DNA from: Octopus bimaculoides
Taxonomy: Eukaryota
Reading direction: 5' to 3'
DNA length: 64,000 bases
Assembly: GCF_001194135.2 (NCBI RefSeq)
Contig: NC_068982.1
Coordinates: forward strand, 145,065,154 to 145,129,153
Shown: one piece after another, positions 1-13,966 of the stretch
Layout: every line of letters begins with the position of its first letter
Numbering within the stretch: the first letter of the stretch is position 1
Translations under genes and position numbers: made by a program
The notes under the pieces: model-generated
Told to the model about the DNA's origin: nothing
The model's database searches: none
The model's input: only the letters and a program-made list of their open reading frames with translations

Positions 1-45
<45 letters not shown>

Positions 46-46
<1 letters not shown>

Positions 47-655
47 ACATTGATAACTTTGATACGTTTCGGCCAGTAGAGACCCAGGCTATGTCTTACT
101 TGATAGCACCACCTGGTGAAGTCTTTTAGTCATATATGGGGCGCCATGGCCCACTCTAGCAAAGAGTTATTATTGTTGGAGACATATCCGGGTGTAGGAG
201 GTTGGTCCAGGATTTTTTGAAGAAATTCATCCAGTGAACTTTTAAATTTTATGAGATCCGTTTCCCTTTTGACGTATTTTGGTATGGTGTTAAAGAAAGC
301 TGGACCGGTTGCGTTATGTTATGCGTCCTGAGTTCGATTTTTGTAGTGGGTGGATAGCATGAGGGCCAAGTCTTGGGTGGATTTTATAATTGATGTCAAC
401 ATCATTTGTGCAATATTGATGAAATATTTTCCACATCACACAAAGGATGTAGCGCTCCCGGTGGCATTGGAGATAGAGTAGAGATTTAGTTTTTGTAGTC
501 GACCTTAATAGCCAATGTATGTCATGCAGTCTATCTTTCTTGTTATTGACCTGTGGAGTGCTTCCACTTTCATAAGGAGTTGTTCGTATGAGGAAACCAC
601 ACTGAGCAACAGTATTCAAGGTGGGATCGGGGAAAATTGATTTCCTTAAAATGAT
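46..655 (-). mobile_element. 5'-truncated CR1-group LINE 3' end (RT C-terminus plus 3' UTR), frameshifted
   Basis: Minus strand translates across frameshifts to HLEYCCSVW..RERYILCVMWKI..HPRLGP..GPAFFNTIPKYVKRETDLIKFKSSLDEFLQKILDQPPTPGY..NNSLLEW*, the typical post-RT C-terminus of CR1/L2-group ORF2. A short 3' UTR follows and ends near a microsatellite. Confidence 0.85.
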
Positions 656-1072
656 AGGTATGTATATGTATATAGAAACCTGTAGTTTATATTCATATAA
701 AGGAAGAAGAAAATGGAGATTGTGAAGTTAATAAGAGTTTATCATTAACAACAAATCGAATATCATCCCTTATAGCTGTTTTAATTATACACAGTGAATT
801 TATTAAATATTAAATTCATATTTCTGAGCATAATATCTTCAGAGGGAACAAAAATACACCAATAGATGTTTATGTGTTTTTTTATGGATTCATTTTAGCG
901 GACTGAATGATACTATTTATGATTTGTATTTTTATGTGTACAGGCGAGGGGTTTACAGGTTGGTTGGAAGTAAGATGGAGAAGGGAAATAGAATTATAGT
1001 TATAGATGAATGAATTGAATAGAGATATAGGAGGGAATATCAATATAAATAAGGTAAGGATGTAAAGTACAC

Positions 1073-1133
<61 letters not shown>

Positions 1134-1140
1134 CACATAT

Positions 1141-1640
1141 ATACATGCATATATGGGTACAGGACGTCACCAACGGAGCAAATAACATGAAATACGTAAA
1201 CATGCGAGTGAAGAATGAGTGAAGTACGTAAACAACGAGAAAAATGGAAAACAGAAGTAAATACAGAGAAAGGACTCTTCATCGGTTATCGGCTGTCTAT
1301 CTACTCCTCATTTCGAGCATTCAACAACAATATGAGTCTTGAAAGACACTTTCTCCCATAAATTCTAAAATAAAATTTAGGATTTATGGAGAGTCAAGGT
1401 TGGGAACAGAAAAATGACAGTGGAGACACACAAGGAAATCGAACGAAAACAAACATGGAGGGTCGTTAGACCAGAACGAGAGGAAAATAGTGAATACTGG
1501 GAGAAACATTTTTTTGAAAAGAGAAAAGATAGAAGCGAGAGTGAAAAACACATTCGTTCTTTTAAATGGCCGTACAGGAAAAGAAAGATGGTCACATGAG
1601 TGAAAGAAAGATGGATGATGCTCACGTGTGAGCAACGAGA
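1141..1640 (-). repeat. Unclassified dispersed repeat, possibly a Penelope-like 3' end; same family as 42241-42542
   Basis: The reverse complement of 1141-1340 aligns with 42325-42545 (ctcatattg..gctcgaaatg.ggagtagat..cagccga..gatgaag..gacgtcctgtacccatatatgcat). Both copies end against a CA/TA microsatellite. Confidence 0.6.
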
Positions 1641-1908
1641 GAGAGAGAGAGAGAGAGAAAGAAAAAGAGAAGGAGGGGGAGAGACAGATTGAAAATGGCG
1701 AATGAGGGCGGGGAAAAAGGGTTAGAGAAGGAAGAAAACAGTATAGAGTAGAGAGTCGCATCAAAAAGGTGAAGATAAACTTACTTGGAAATAAATGCAC
1801 CGCGTTCAATTAAATAATTTATTATAATAATGGGCTTGTTTGTAAGTTTGTTCAAAATCACGCAATAAGGGAGTAGCAAAACAAGTAAGAATAAAAAAAG
1901 AGAACAGA

Positions 1909-2970
1909 CCATATAGTAATAAGAATGAGAGAGGGAGTGGTATCAAACAGCGCCTCTCGCTCACTCTCGCTCACTCTCGCAACAAAAACCTTTTCAGTTT
2001 ATTAATGAACGCTGTCTCTCTCTTTTTCTCTCACTCTCTCTTTTTTCTCTCACTCTCTCTTTTTTACTCACTCTCCCTCTTTATCTCCCTCTTTCTCAAC
2101 AACAACACTTTCATTTTTATTCGATGAACGCTGATTTTTCTCTGATAAACACTAATAACAATACATAAGATAAGTAAATAAGATTTTTGCACCACAAAAT
2201 TATTTTTTCTGCGTCTCTATGGATGTTTGAGTGTTATGGAAGATTTTTCTGCTTACAAAGCTGCAAAGTTAATAGAATATTAGAATATAAGATAAGTAGA
2301 TAAGTAGTAATTTTTAAGTCATAAAATTAAAATATTGTCTATTCAAAGAAAGTTTGATAATATTGTCTGTTTAAAGAAAGCTAAATATAAAAGGAAGGTA
2401 ATTAATAATATTTACAAATACCTGCCGATACAGTGATGTTTGTAAATATTTATGAATGAAGAATTTTGTCAAAGCGGCGAAGTTTGTCTTCAAGATCTTT
2501 TTCCGTTTCAGGCGGTAAAGAAGAGAGAGAGAGAGAGACAAAGGCGAAGAACAGCCAGTCTCACTCAGGAAGAACTGGACGCAAGAAGATTAAACAATAC
2601 ATTAAGGTTATTAAATCAATCACAAGGAGTGAGACAAGAGAGACGAGCGCAAGACGTAAGAAGACTGACTCAAAGACGTCAAAATGAAAAAGAGCACCTA
2701 ATTGCACAAAGGAGAGATATCCAAAGACAGAGAGTAGTACAAAGGAGAGAAATCGAAAGAGAGAGAGAGAGAATATCGAGGAGAAGAATGGAAGAATTAA
2801 TTAATACTGAAACGGACCAACCAAAACAAGGCGAACTCATTGCTGGAAGGGTTTTCACTAGAAACGTGGTGTTGAAGCCGTTACCGAGATAAAGGTTGTA
2901 ATGTTCTTATTTTAATTTTATTTTCCGTATAATTTTCTTGCCGTCATTTCTGACGGCACGGGAACACTAG
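1909..2970 (+). mobile_element. Non-autonomous Helitron (internal deletion derivative); 5' end approximate
   Basis: Canonical 3' terminus: hairpin GCCGTCA-tttc-TGACGGC (2940-2957), 9-nt spacer, CTAG (2967-2970), then T. It contains a RepHel-like residual ORF. The 5' TC end was not pinned down. Confidence 0.75.
2452..2892 (+). CDS. Helitron-derived residual ORF (146 aa): R/E/Q-rich 23-aa repeats fused to a RepHel-like extreme C-terminus
   Basis: Units SLTQEELDARR.., NQSQGVRQERRAQDVRRLTQRRQ, NEKEHLIAQRRDIQRQRVVQRRE and IERERERISRR all have RR at positions 10-11. The C-terminal VFTRNVVLKPL resembles the TxNVVYxEV end of Helitron helicases. A possible splice acceptor tttttccgtttcag ends at 2511. 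Confidence 0.5.
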   Translation: MNEEFCQSGEVCLQDLFPFQAVKKRERERQRRRTASLTQEELDARRLNNTLRLLNQSQGVRQERRAQDVRRLTQRRQNEKEHLIAQRRDIQRQRVVQRREIERERERISRRRMEELINTETDQPKQGELIAGRVFTRNVVLKPLPR

Positions 2971-3693
2971 TAAGTAATAAGTAATATATAATATAATATA
3001 ATTACGTATTTCATGTTATTTGCATCGTTGGTGACGTGTATATATATATATATATATATATATACCGAGACATTCGCATATATTGACACACATATTTACA
3101 TCATATACATCCACACGCACATACATGCTTATGTATACATACGTACATGCGTGAATACACTAATACATATGACCACTGACATATGCATCCACGTATACAT
3201 ATACATATACATACACGTACCCGCATGCACATACATACACATATACGTATATATGCACACGTTTACACCTAACTGATCACCCCTAAGAATAATATGAAAC
3301 AGATCTGTGTTGGCCAGTTAAATACGATTGGTTAGTGGAATTTTGAGTTATTATGTTTACCCTCTAGCGTTTCTAAGGAATTGTATTTGCACAACGGTTT
3401 CTTAAATTGTTATGTTTGAGTTTCTATGTATAAAAATAAATGTCTATGTGTACACGCGTGTAAACGTACATAAATTTAATCATACACATATACACATACG
3501 TATATGCACATATATGCGCATATACATACACATTCATATATACACATTTGTATTCGCACACGTACACACACACATACACACACGTGTTTATGCATACATC
3601 AAGCCACACATATACAGGCATACACCTACACCAGTACAAAACTACACACATATACCCATACGCTCAGACTTAAAGAATTCTTCTGTTCCTTTA

Positions 3694-3948
3694 TTCTTTT
3701 ACTTGTTTCAGTCACTAGATTGCAGCCATGCTGAGGCACCACCTTGAAGAGGTTTTAGTTGAACAGATCGACCCTAGTACTTACATTTTTAACGCCTATC
3801 GGTGTCTCTTGCTGAACCGCTAAATTACGAGGACGTAACAAACGTACACCGATTGTCAAGCTGTAGTGGGGAACAAACAGACACACACAAACACACGCAT
3901 GCACACATACACATAGACACAGACACACACTCACAAACACCACACACA

Positions 3949-4001
<53 letters not shown>

Positions 4002-4171
4002 ATTTGCATATATTCTTTCAGTTTCCACCTGTCAAATCCACCCACAAGGCTTTGGTCAGTCCGAAGCTATAATAGAAGACACTCGCACAAGATGCCACGC
4101 ATTGGGACTGAACCCAGTACCGCGTGATTGGGAAATGAGCGAGCTTCTTACTATACAGCCATGCCTACGCC
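3694..4171 (-). mobile_element. tRNA-derived SINE family B (octopus OR/OK-like) with internal (CA)n
   Basis: Reverse complement matches the copy at 9187-9591: ggcgtagg head, ttcagtccca B-box region, ggtagacggaaactgaaaga core, cagcatggc..gactgaaacaagtaaaaga tail. Confidence 0.85.
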
Positions 4172-4701
4172 TAGCAAGCTTCAGCGTCGATGATGTTAGT
4201 TTACAACGGTACAGTTACTTGTTGCTGCATTTCTGAATGGTGAGTATGACAAAACAGTGCTTGTAACTGAGTGCAAAATGAACGACGGCAGAGACATCTT
4301 TCTAAGACCACTGGCTTTTATATCGCCTTCTGATGTCTTCCGTACATATCTTGTATTGTGTCAATACAAAAAGACCATTAAACCAAATTTGAGGAGTACC
4401 GTAAGGCAAGAAGTAATTTTCTCAGAAACCGAAAGTTTCCATTTACTGTGTGAAGTTTTGTTCTCCAATAAAGAACCACTTGTTATTGTTCTTCATTAGC
4501 TCCACGTCAGGCCTGATCGAGTAAACTTATAATAAAAGGCATCCCAGGATAAAAAGAATCCTATCGAGATTTTTTTTCATATCTATCCGGTATTACATAA
4601 CCCAAAGCGTCCTTTCTCATTTTCAAAACGGTTGGGTATAATTTGAAGAATTACACACTCTACTGTCTGACTGTACTCAATACCGCTGTAGAACACACAC
4701 G

Positions 4702-4778
<77 letters not shown>

Positions 4779-6058
4779 AATGTAGAGTCCAGTATCTTTA
4801 GCTATAGTTTTCATGATACACTTCCATAAACGAGTCACTCATTTGTTGCTATAACAATAGTAACATTCTACGAAGTGCTTTAAGTCATAAAACTGCAGGA
4901 AATAAGATTGTTATCCTGTTATGCATCATGACTCTGAGATATCGCAAGGGAGACACTTCTGCTAAACCTTCTTGGCTGAGCTGTGTAGTTTCTCTTATAT
5001 TTTACAAATTTAATTAGAAAATATTAGAAGAAAACGTTTAACAATACGTCTTGAAATTACCTGTAAATAGCAAGAAAATTTGAGGCAAGTCACAAAAAAG
5101 TTATATCGCAGGAGAGCAAGAGAAAAATATTTAGAATATTGCTGAGACAATAAATGATGAAACAAATTAATAAAGAGGGTACGTATGTTAAGACATTGCC
5201 AGTCTCCTTAATCCGGGCCTGGTATGTATTACCAAAAATCTTAATCGCTAATTTTGTAAGTGGTGACGTTTCGTAGAAGCATTCCAATCTTGCTTTTAGA
5301 TAATTATTGAATTTCTTGCTATTATCCAAGTTTAATCCTTTCTCAGCTGTATATAAGCTGCATCTTAAAGATCCATTTATGTTTATTCTGTTCCTCTCAG
5401 ATTTCCATATGCTCTTTTATATATGTTCGTATCATGGTAAGAAATCAAAACTACATCATATTTATTTCGTGCAAGATACATCCGTTGATGCCGAAAGAGA
5501 ACTTAATAAATCTCCAAGTAAACAGATATAAAATAAGTGCCAAACAAAGTACGGAAGTTGGTATAATCGATTAAAAGGCTTGAAGGTGATGCCCCATCAC
5601 AGAATCAATCTAAAATCAGTAAATAAATAAATAAAAATAAAATTGACGTCCTATTCATGTAGTTGGATCACCGATTCAATAGACTATATCCTTCTTTTAA
5701 AATGTAATGCGTAGTCTTGCGGCAATATGAGAAATCAATATTTAACAATCTGTGGGAATCCTCGAATTTTGTGAAAGCAGAGTAGCGCAAGAGAGTATAG
5801 TGTGATGTAGCAAAGTGCAGTGTGATGTAATACAGAATAGTGCGTTCCAGTACAGTACAGTATATAATACATAGCAAAATATCTAAATAAGTAAATAAGA
5901 ATAATTTGTCTTGTTTTGTTTCACACGAAGCATAACAAGCAAAATGGTTTTAATGAGTGAAAAAGAATTATCGAAAATAAAGACAATATAAAAGCTAATA
6001 GAAAAACAATGTTGATATCAGTGATAAAAATAACAGAAATTACTATTTCATTAGATTT

Positions 6059-6113
<55 letters not shown>

Positions 6114-6256
6114 NNNNNNNNNNNNNNNNNNNNNNNNNNNNNNNNNNNNNNNNNNNNNNNNNNNNNNNNNNNNNNNNNNNNNNNNNNNNNNNNNNNNNNN
6201 NNNNNNNNNNNNNNNNNNNNNNNNNNNNNNNNNNNNNNNNNNNNNNNNNNNNNNNN

Positions 6257-6306
<50 letters not shown>

Positions 6307-6330
6307 TATATATATATATATATATATATA

Positions 6331-6460
6331 CACAAATGTACTGAGATACTTGTATGTGTATGTACGTGTGCAAGCCTGTGCGTGCATGTCTGTATTATAC
6401 ATATATACACACACACACACAAATGTGCTGAGATACTGGTATGTGTATGTACGTGTGTAT
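6331..6460. repeat. Tandem duplication of ~87 bp unit
   Basis: cacaaatgt(a/g)ctgagatact(t/g)gtatgtgtatgtacgtgtg starts at 6331 and again at 6418. Confidence 0.8.
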
Positions 6461-6699
6461 ATGCGTGTGAAGACGTATAGAAACAAACTAACGACAATTG
6501 CAATTATAAACACACAAGAAAGAAAAATGAATAAATAATACATAATGAAACGAAAAGACGCACGAAAAGAAGACGAATCATACAAAAATGTTGAAAATAC
6601 CAAGAAAAAAAAATATTTACCGAAATAATGTGATAATATTGTCGAATTTATTTTCCTATGGGGGTCTTTCAAGTGTGTCTGTATGTGTCGTCTGCTTGT

Positions 6700-7156
6700 A
6701 CTGATATTCGTGAATGTGATGTCATACTGTGTACGATTGTATGAGTGTGTATGTGTGCTTGTGTATGTGTGTGTGAATATGTATATGCAATGCGCTTCTG
6801 TGTAGGTCTGTTTGTGTGCGTGTGTGAGTGTATATGTGAATGTGATGTGTCTGTGTGTACGATTGTGTGTGAGTGTGTGTGTACGTATATGTGTATGTGA
6901 TGTATTTCTTTATACGTTTGTGTGATCGCATGTCTATGTATATTTGTGCGCGTATATGTAATTTGTTTCTGCGTAGGTCTGTGTTTGAGCGTGCGTGTGT
7001 GTGTGTGTGTGTGTGTGTGCGTGTGTGCGTGTGTGCGTGAGTGTATGTGTGAATGTTATGTGTTTGTGTGTACGATTGTGTGTATGGATGTGTGTACGTA
7101 TATGTGTATGTGACATATTTCTGTGTGTGTTTGAGTGCTTGCACGTGTATGTGTGC

Positions 7157-7197
<41 letters not shown>

Positions 7198-7809
7198 CCT
7201 ATATATATATATATGTGTGTATTTGAAGTGTTTCTGTATACATTTGTGCGCGCGTGTGTGTCTGTGTATACGTATATGTATACATATGTGTGTGTGTTTT
7301 GTGTTTGTGTATGTATATGCATTTTCATTCATATATATGTATGTATTTGATTATATCTGTAGTGTGCGCTTGTGAATTTCTGTTTGTGTGCGTGAGACAG
7401 AATTTGACGTGTGATTACGTGTATGTGCGCATTTGCTTTGTATGTGTGTAAGTGTAAGAATATACGTGATAATATTTATTCTTGTATGCGTATGTGTTCG
7501 TGTTTGTGTGTATGTTTGTGAATTTGTATGTGTTTGTATTTGTCTGTCTGCTTTTGTGTATGGGAAGATTCGTGCTGTGATCGTGTAACGCATGCATCTG
7601 TATGAATGTATGTGTGTTTTTACGTATGTATGAATGTATGTATATGTATGAGTGTGTGAAGGTGCTCGTATGCGTGTGTATGTCTGGGTGAGTGTGTATG
7701 TGTGCGTGTGAGTGTATGGTTGTGGAGCTAGGGTGTATGTGGAAATGCGTCAGCAGTAGAGATTATGCATATGTTGTTCTTCGTTGTACGCTTTTGTGTC
7801 TGAGTGAAG

Positions 7810-7845
<36 letters not shown>

Positions 7846-8210
7846 GTGTTCACGTGTGTGTGTGNNNNNNNNNNTGTGTGTGTGTAAGTGTTCACGTGTG
7901 TGTGTGTGTGTGTGTGTATGTGCGAGCATGTGTGAGCGTGATTGCGTGTTTGCCCATGCGTGTATGTTTATTTATGCGTAATTGTGTGCAAGGTTGCCTG
8001 GTGGTGTGTGTGTGTATGTGTGTGTCCTCATCGTCTCGAATTAGAAAGAGAGCGTATGAATTTGTGTATGAGTTTGTGCTTGTGTGTGTGTATGTGTATG
8101 CGTATGTGTGTGTGTGTGCGCGCGTGTGTGAATGTATGATTGTTTGTATGCACTTGACTACATTGTGGTGTGTATGTTTCTATAAGTGTAAATATGTAAA
8201 ATTATGAACG
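6700..8210. repeat. Degenerate (TG)n-rich simple-sequence tract with an internal ~175-bp duplication
   Basis: GT/TA-rich low complexity. The blocks gtaggtctg..gtgtgtacgattgtgtgt..gtacgtatatgtgtatgtga recur at about 6798-6900 and 6975-7112. Confidence 0.8.
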
Positions 8211-8250
8211 AACTTATAGAAATGTCAATGAAGCATTGAAAGAGAAAGAA

Positions 8251-8311
<61 letters not shown>

Positions 8312-8727
8312 TAAAGAAAGAGAGCGAGGGGAAAACAAAGCGTGTAAATAAGAAAAGAAAGTGTGCAAGAGAGAGTGGAGTGACTGAAGAAGAGACTGTG
8401 TGAGAGAGAGGGGAATTTATATGACGGGAGAGAATGTGAGAAAAGAATGAAGAGTGAGAGAGAGATAGAGAAGGATAGAGAAAAAGAGAGAGAAAATGAG
8501 AAAAAGAAAATGAAAGTTAAAGGTAAGGGAAAAGGAGTAGGAAATGAAAGAGTTCATGAAAAAGAAAGTGACGAGAAGAAAAGAGAAAGAAAGAATAAAG
8601 AAAAAAGACAAACAAAAAGTGATTGGTCAAGAGAAAGAGAGAGAGAGAGAGAGAAGGGGAGAATATATGTGAAGGAAAGTGAAGTAGAGAAAAAGAAAAT
8701 GAGAATGATGGAGTGAGAGAGACATAG

Positions 8728-8758
<31 letters not shown>

Positions 8759-9186
8759 CCTGTGAGANNNNNNNNNNGGGGGGGGGGGAGAAAACGCACA
8801 AGACAGCAAATAAAACGGATATTTTATAATTAAATAGCAAACGTGGCGGAAATGTCATTCCAAAATAATTTCGAAAAAGTTTCGATACATAGTTATTATT
8901 AAGAAACACCATTACTTAACTGTATTTACGTCTACGATTTCATTCTTACTAAGTTAACCAGAAGAGGAAGAACAACACTCATGACCTGTCATAGGATGAC
9001 AGAGAATTGTGGTGTGGAAGGAGGAAATGAACTGTAACTGAGAGTTTCTCAGCGGTTAATATACTCAAATCCGAGACTTGGACGAATGCTTGTAACAGAA
9101 TGAAATTTACTAAAGGCACAAGCCAATGACCAAGTGGTGACCTTAAACCGGGCGGAGCATTAGGTCTACCTCCAAAATACAAGGTA

Positions 9187-9591
9187 GGCGTAGGAGTGGC
9201 TGTGTGGTAAGTAGCTTGCTTACGAACCACATGGTTCCGGGTTCAGTCCCACTGCGTGACACCTTGGGCAAGTGTCTTCTACTAGAGCCTCGGACCGACC
9301 AAAGCCTTGTGAGTAGATTTGGTAGACGGAAACTGAAAGAAGCCCGTCGTATATATGTATATATATATATGTATGTGTGTGTTTGTATGTGTTTGTGTGT
9401 CTGTGTTTGTCTCCCCAACATCGCTTGACAACCGATGCTGGTGTGTTTACGTCCCCGTAACGTAGCTCTCGGCAAAAGTGACCGATAAAATAAGTACTAG
9501 GCTTACATAGAATAATTCCTGGGGTCGATTTGCTCGACTAATGGCGGTGCTCCAACATGGCCACAGTCAAATGACTGAAATAAGTAAAAGA
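9187..9591 (+). mobile_element. Full-length tRNA-derived SINE family B
   Basis: A-box-like tggctgtgtggtaag, B-box-like ggttcagtccc, ccttgggcaagtgtcttctact core, internal (TA/TG)n, tail ..gactgaaataagtaaaa followed by (GA)n. Confidence 0.9.
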
Positions 9592-9824
9592 GAGAGAGAG
9601 AGAGAGAGAGAGTACATCAATCTGGCTGGCTTCGGCATAGTTCCCATAAACCCAATGCTGCTCTCAAAATATTTGAATCGACGCATGATTCTTTCAGTAA
9701 GGGTCTTGTTGAAGGTGCTACGCAGTGATATTGAACCTGGTAGTGATTCTGGCATCACGTGGTTGCATAGGAATCGCCTTTGCTTGCCCCACGATTCTAT
9801 TCCTAAGGTTTCCAACAGTTTTAA

Positions 9825-10030
9825 CCCATTACCTCCCATAATTCTATTAACTGGAATTTTTTTATGAAACTTTGATTTCTAGCATAAAGCAGCCTTAGAA
9901 ACACGCTGGAATGATCAAAATAACATTTCAAAATAACATTTTAAATAGAAATAAGCGAGATATTGGGTGAAAAATTAGCAAACCGCATTTGAATATCAGA
10001 GAAATATACCTAGTAGATATAGCAAAAAGG
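9825..10030. mobile_element. Possible piggyBac-like MITE (degenerate)
   Basis: Begins TTAA-CCC (9821-9827) and ends AAAAGG-TTAG (10025-10034). TIR similarity is weak. Confidence 0.35.
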
Positions 10031-12269
10031 TTAGATATATGTAAATATTGACAGATAATTACGAAATTTATAATTTTTAAGTTATCTCATATGAGATCAC
10101 TGGTAGGTAATGAATGGGTCAAGAAGAAATGAATGATGATTTTCCTGTTTATTCTTAATACTTTCCGGATGATTTGAACGCAAATATGTTCATCGTATTA
10201 AAACAATATGCAAATCATCGCTTCATATCTTGCTGTATACAGTGAAAATAACGGTTTGTTAGTCAAAGCTTGCAACAAAATCTGGTCACAAAACCTCTCA
10301 AAGCTGGCGACCAGAACACTCTCGCTGTTGATTCAAGAAGAGGAGACATTTGATAATGCGGTCCTAGATGCACTATGTCTGGTACGAAAACTAGAGACAT
10401 ATTTGGAATGCCTTTCAGAGCAGAAATCTACCTGACAAGGTCTGACTTCGGGATCAAATAATCGACTGCTATTTGTTAACCTTTATACATAAAATGGCTC
10501 TCTCTCCCCACCTCTCTCTTTAGCTCGATTCCTCTTTACTCTTGGATATTTTAAACTCTTTCTTTCCCCTTTTCTCATTTTCTTTTCTCACTGTTTTTTA
10601 AAAATTCGATCTACACGCTTCTACAGAGGCAAAACTTATGCACACACATGCATATAACGTTCTCACACAGTCTCTCTCACAAACACACTCACTCACGAGT
10701 GCTCTCATACACACACACATTTATTCATATACGCACTAACTTATGCACATCCACTTATAGTTACACGCATAACAAGCTATACGCACAGTTGTTGTTTAAC
10801 GTTAGGTTAGCTCCGACCAAATAGACCTATGATCACAGACTTTCCAACCATGATCATTCTGTCCTTTTCTAATGCATGCTACTTGTTAGATCAACAACCA
10901 CACCATCTAATGAATCCTTCATGTTTTTATAGACGGGATAGTGTAATGAGAGACAAATCTGAGTTGTTATTTTTAAGCCGGTCGAGCTACCAGGCTACCA
11001 GGTTAACAGAATCTCAAAGGACAGTTCTTTTGTTATTGTTTGTTATAGTCATTTTATGTATAAAGGTTAACAAATAACAGTCAATTATTTGACAGTTCTT
11101 TTGTTATTGGTCACTGCTAACTAAACGGACTATGTTCAAAAACATTTCAGCAGCTATTATCCTGTTTTTTTGCCCTATGTATAGTGAAGCCTGGTATGCA
11201 TTATGTAAAAAGGCCTTCTTTAAAACTTTGGGATGCGGTTTGAGAGAGATTTAGGATACTATATGTAACAAGTCGAGTGATCACAAACATTCTCACTTTC
11301 TCATTAAACTGTTTTCTAACGTGGTAAAATCCAGAATCCGAGGAAACTAATGGAGGTCTATGTCGGCAACAATAAATCAAAAGCGAGTTTATTGAATGTC
11401 GAATAAATTCAAATGCCATGAGTAGAGAGTCTGACATTTCGATCTCTTGCCCTTCAACAGAGTGTTGTTGAAGAAAACGAAGGAGCTTTTAGCTTTGTTG
11501 GCGAGACAGGAAGTGATCGATGTTACTTTTGTTTTTCTCTTTCTTTTTCTCTCTCAATGATTCAGTCTTTCTTGAAGTATACAATCTCTTCTGTTGGCCA
11601 TTTCCTCTCTCTCTGTTCGTGTACATTTGTTACTTACGCACTCATATATATATATATATGTACACACACATATATATATATATACATTATACACATAGTT
11701 ATGTGTGTATGTATGTATGCATGCACGCACGTATGCATGTATGTATGATTATATGTATGTATGTATGTATGTATTTATCTTATTCAGTTTATTTCAAGAT
11801 TTGTTGCCAGTAGAGAAAGAGCCAGTTTCTAACCTAGATCCAAGGCTTCACTGGAATCTCAGCATCAACATGGTATTTCTATATGTATGTGTGTATATGT
11901 GCAGTATTTGGAGTCTGTGCATGTGTATATTTGTGTTTTGTTCTACGTACATATTCTCATGGATAATTATATGCATGTTTAGAGATACGCATATATACTC
12001 AAATTTGGCAAATTTGCTGTAAAGAAACTATATATACTTCTGGAATGTTTTACAAATTTTTACAGTTACATTCATGGCTTGAATCTGTAATCTTCGAATT
12101 AACTTTCTTTTTCTAATTTATCAAGATTGGCATTTAGGGTGCGTGTTACATATCCCAGTGCCCCAATAATTACAAGTATAAACCTGAATTTGTAATCCGG
12201 GTAGAGTAACAGTAAGTTTCTCAATAGTTCAGCGTAGTTGTTCTCTTTTTCACACGACTTTTTCACACA

Positions 12270-12650
12270 CTATGATGTACCGTGACATTGCTGCATACAC
12301 AAAAATCTTAGACTGCATCCAGAAAACAGCCATCCGACTGATAGGTATATAAAGTCATTCGCAGTCATACTTCAGTTCTGGTCAAAGTGAAACTGTTTTC
12401 TGGTTTTGGTTTTTCAATCTACACAATAATAGCCTTTACTTTTCCTAGTTAGCTGGACCATACCATATCTACCTTGGCATTCACGACCCATTCGTTTACC
12501 TCTTCTCATCATCCTTGTTATGTTCAACTCCAGGCTCCGCACTAATCACGCTACCCAGTTATCTCTTTGCAGAACGTTAGCCCTCTAGAATTCTCTATTT
12601 GTTTATTTTTTTCCTGCAGTATTTAACATCCAAAGACACAAGATGAACAT
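12270..12650 (+). mobile_element. Degenerate LINE RT C-terminal relic (Jockey/CR1-group-like)
   Basis: AAYTKILDCIQKTAIRLIG from 12290, then HPCYVQLQ..PRTNH..RTLAL*NSL across frameshifts. This resembles LDRIQxxAxRLIG..HPY.V..PRT..FFPRT..LWNSLP of APE-type LINE ORF2. Confidence 0.6.
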
Positions 12651-13926
12651 CGCATATGTTATGCCAATAATGTTCTGCTAGAAAATTAATGTTTCTCGCG
12701 GACTACGAAAGTCATGGGCACTGTTCCTCTTCATGAAGACATAATAAACAAACAAAAGAATTAAAAAAGTGTTCGATAGGTTTCCACACAACTTTCGTCA
12801 ACCTAATTTCACTGAACATACACCATACATACCAGCTGCTTTGGGTATTCAATAAACAACACTCTCGGAGGAAATACTACAAGATGGATATACAATTGTG
12901 ATGATAAAGGAGCAGACGGCCACACACACACACACGCACACGCACACACGCACAAACACACTTACACATACAAATACACATACGCATACACAAAGCTACA
13001 CACAAAGTAGGCTTTGGTTCATACGAATATTATTTATTTCTGTGTCTCTTTTCCCCGCTCTCTATCTCTCCGACTCTTTCTCAGACATATACACATGCCC
13101 ATCCACACATACATTATCTCTTACTTTCCTACTAATAATTCCTATTAGAAATATACCGTATGAGGTTAGCTGTGTATACTTTCATACTAATAAGCATAAA
13201 CCTAAACTACACGCATACATATATATGTTTATGTGCACCACAAATACACTCCTACGCAAAAACATGAGCATATGCATACTTATATACGAGATATGCACAA
13301 ACATACAGACATATATACTTATATAAATATATACATACATACAAACATACATACAGACATACATACCTATATACATATACGCACAAGCATGCATACAGTG
13401 CATATACATTCATAGAAACATACGGCGCACATACACAGGTATGAGCAAACATGTGTATATTCGTACTTTCTTTCTTTCTTTTTCTTCTTTCACATTCCGC
13501 CCACTTTTCTACCTTCTCTCTTCCCGACTTCCTGTACCCTTTCTCACTTTTCCATTTACAGCACAACCTCTTCCTGTGTATCCGCATCAGGTTCTCTTCG
13601 CATTTTATAATTGCTGATTAGATTTTGCTAAAACTTTCAACGAGGAAAGAGAACAAAGAAACATATATTCATTTCTATTCCAGAGCAAACAATAAGCAAA
13701 AACATTTCAAGACAAACAGCTGTTCTAAGTTAACATCTCATATCCTCCGAGGAAATTTTTCTTCAGAAAATGCAGCGGAAAAATAATGTGAGCATTTGAA
13801 ACTACATATTTTATAATGATTTGATGAATTTATGCGAAAAGAAAATAAACAAATGATATACGTGCATGTGTATGGATGTACATACCCACGCGCGCGCGTG
13901 TATATATATATATGTATGTATCTATG

Positions 13927-13966
<40 letters not shown>

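Noticed and set aside
1255-1345. GAAA..GTA..(C/T)GATGA motifs on the minus strand here and at 42345-42390
   Set aside because: The order would imply a type II hammerhead, but the stem II strands do not pair and the core is imperfect.
9567-9839. 90-aa minus-strand ORF with non-repetitive sequence
   Set aside because: It starts within a putative MITE end, ends in a GA repeat, and has no recognisable motif.
10208-10435. 75-aa ORF MQIIASYLAV..
   Set aside because: It is short, with no known motif or splice context.
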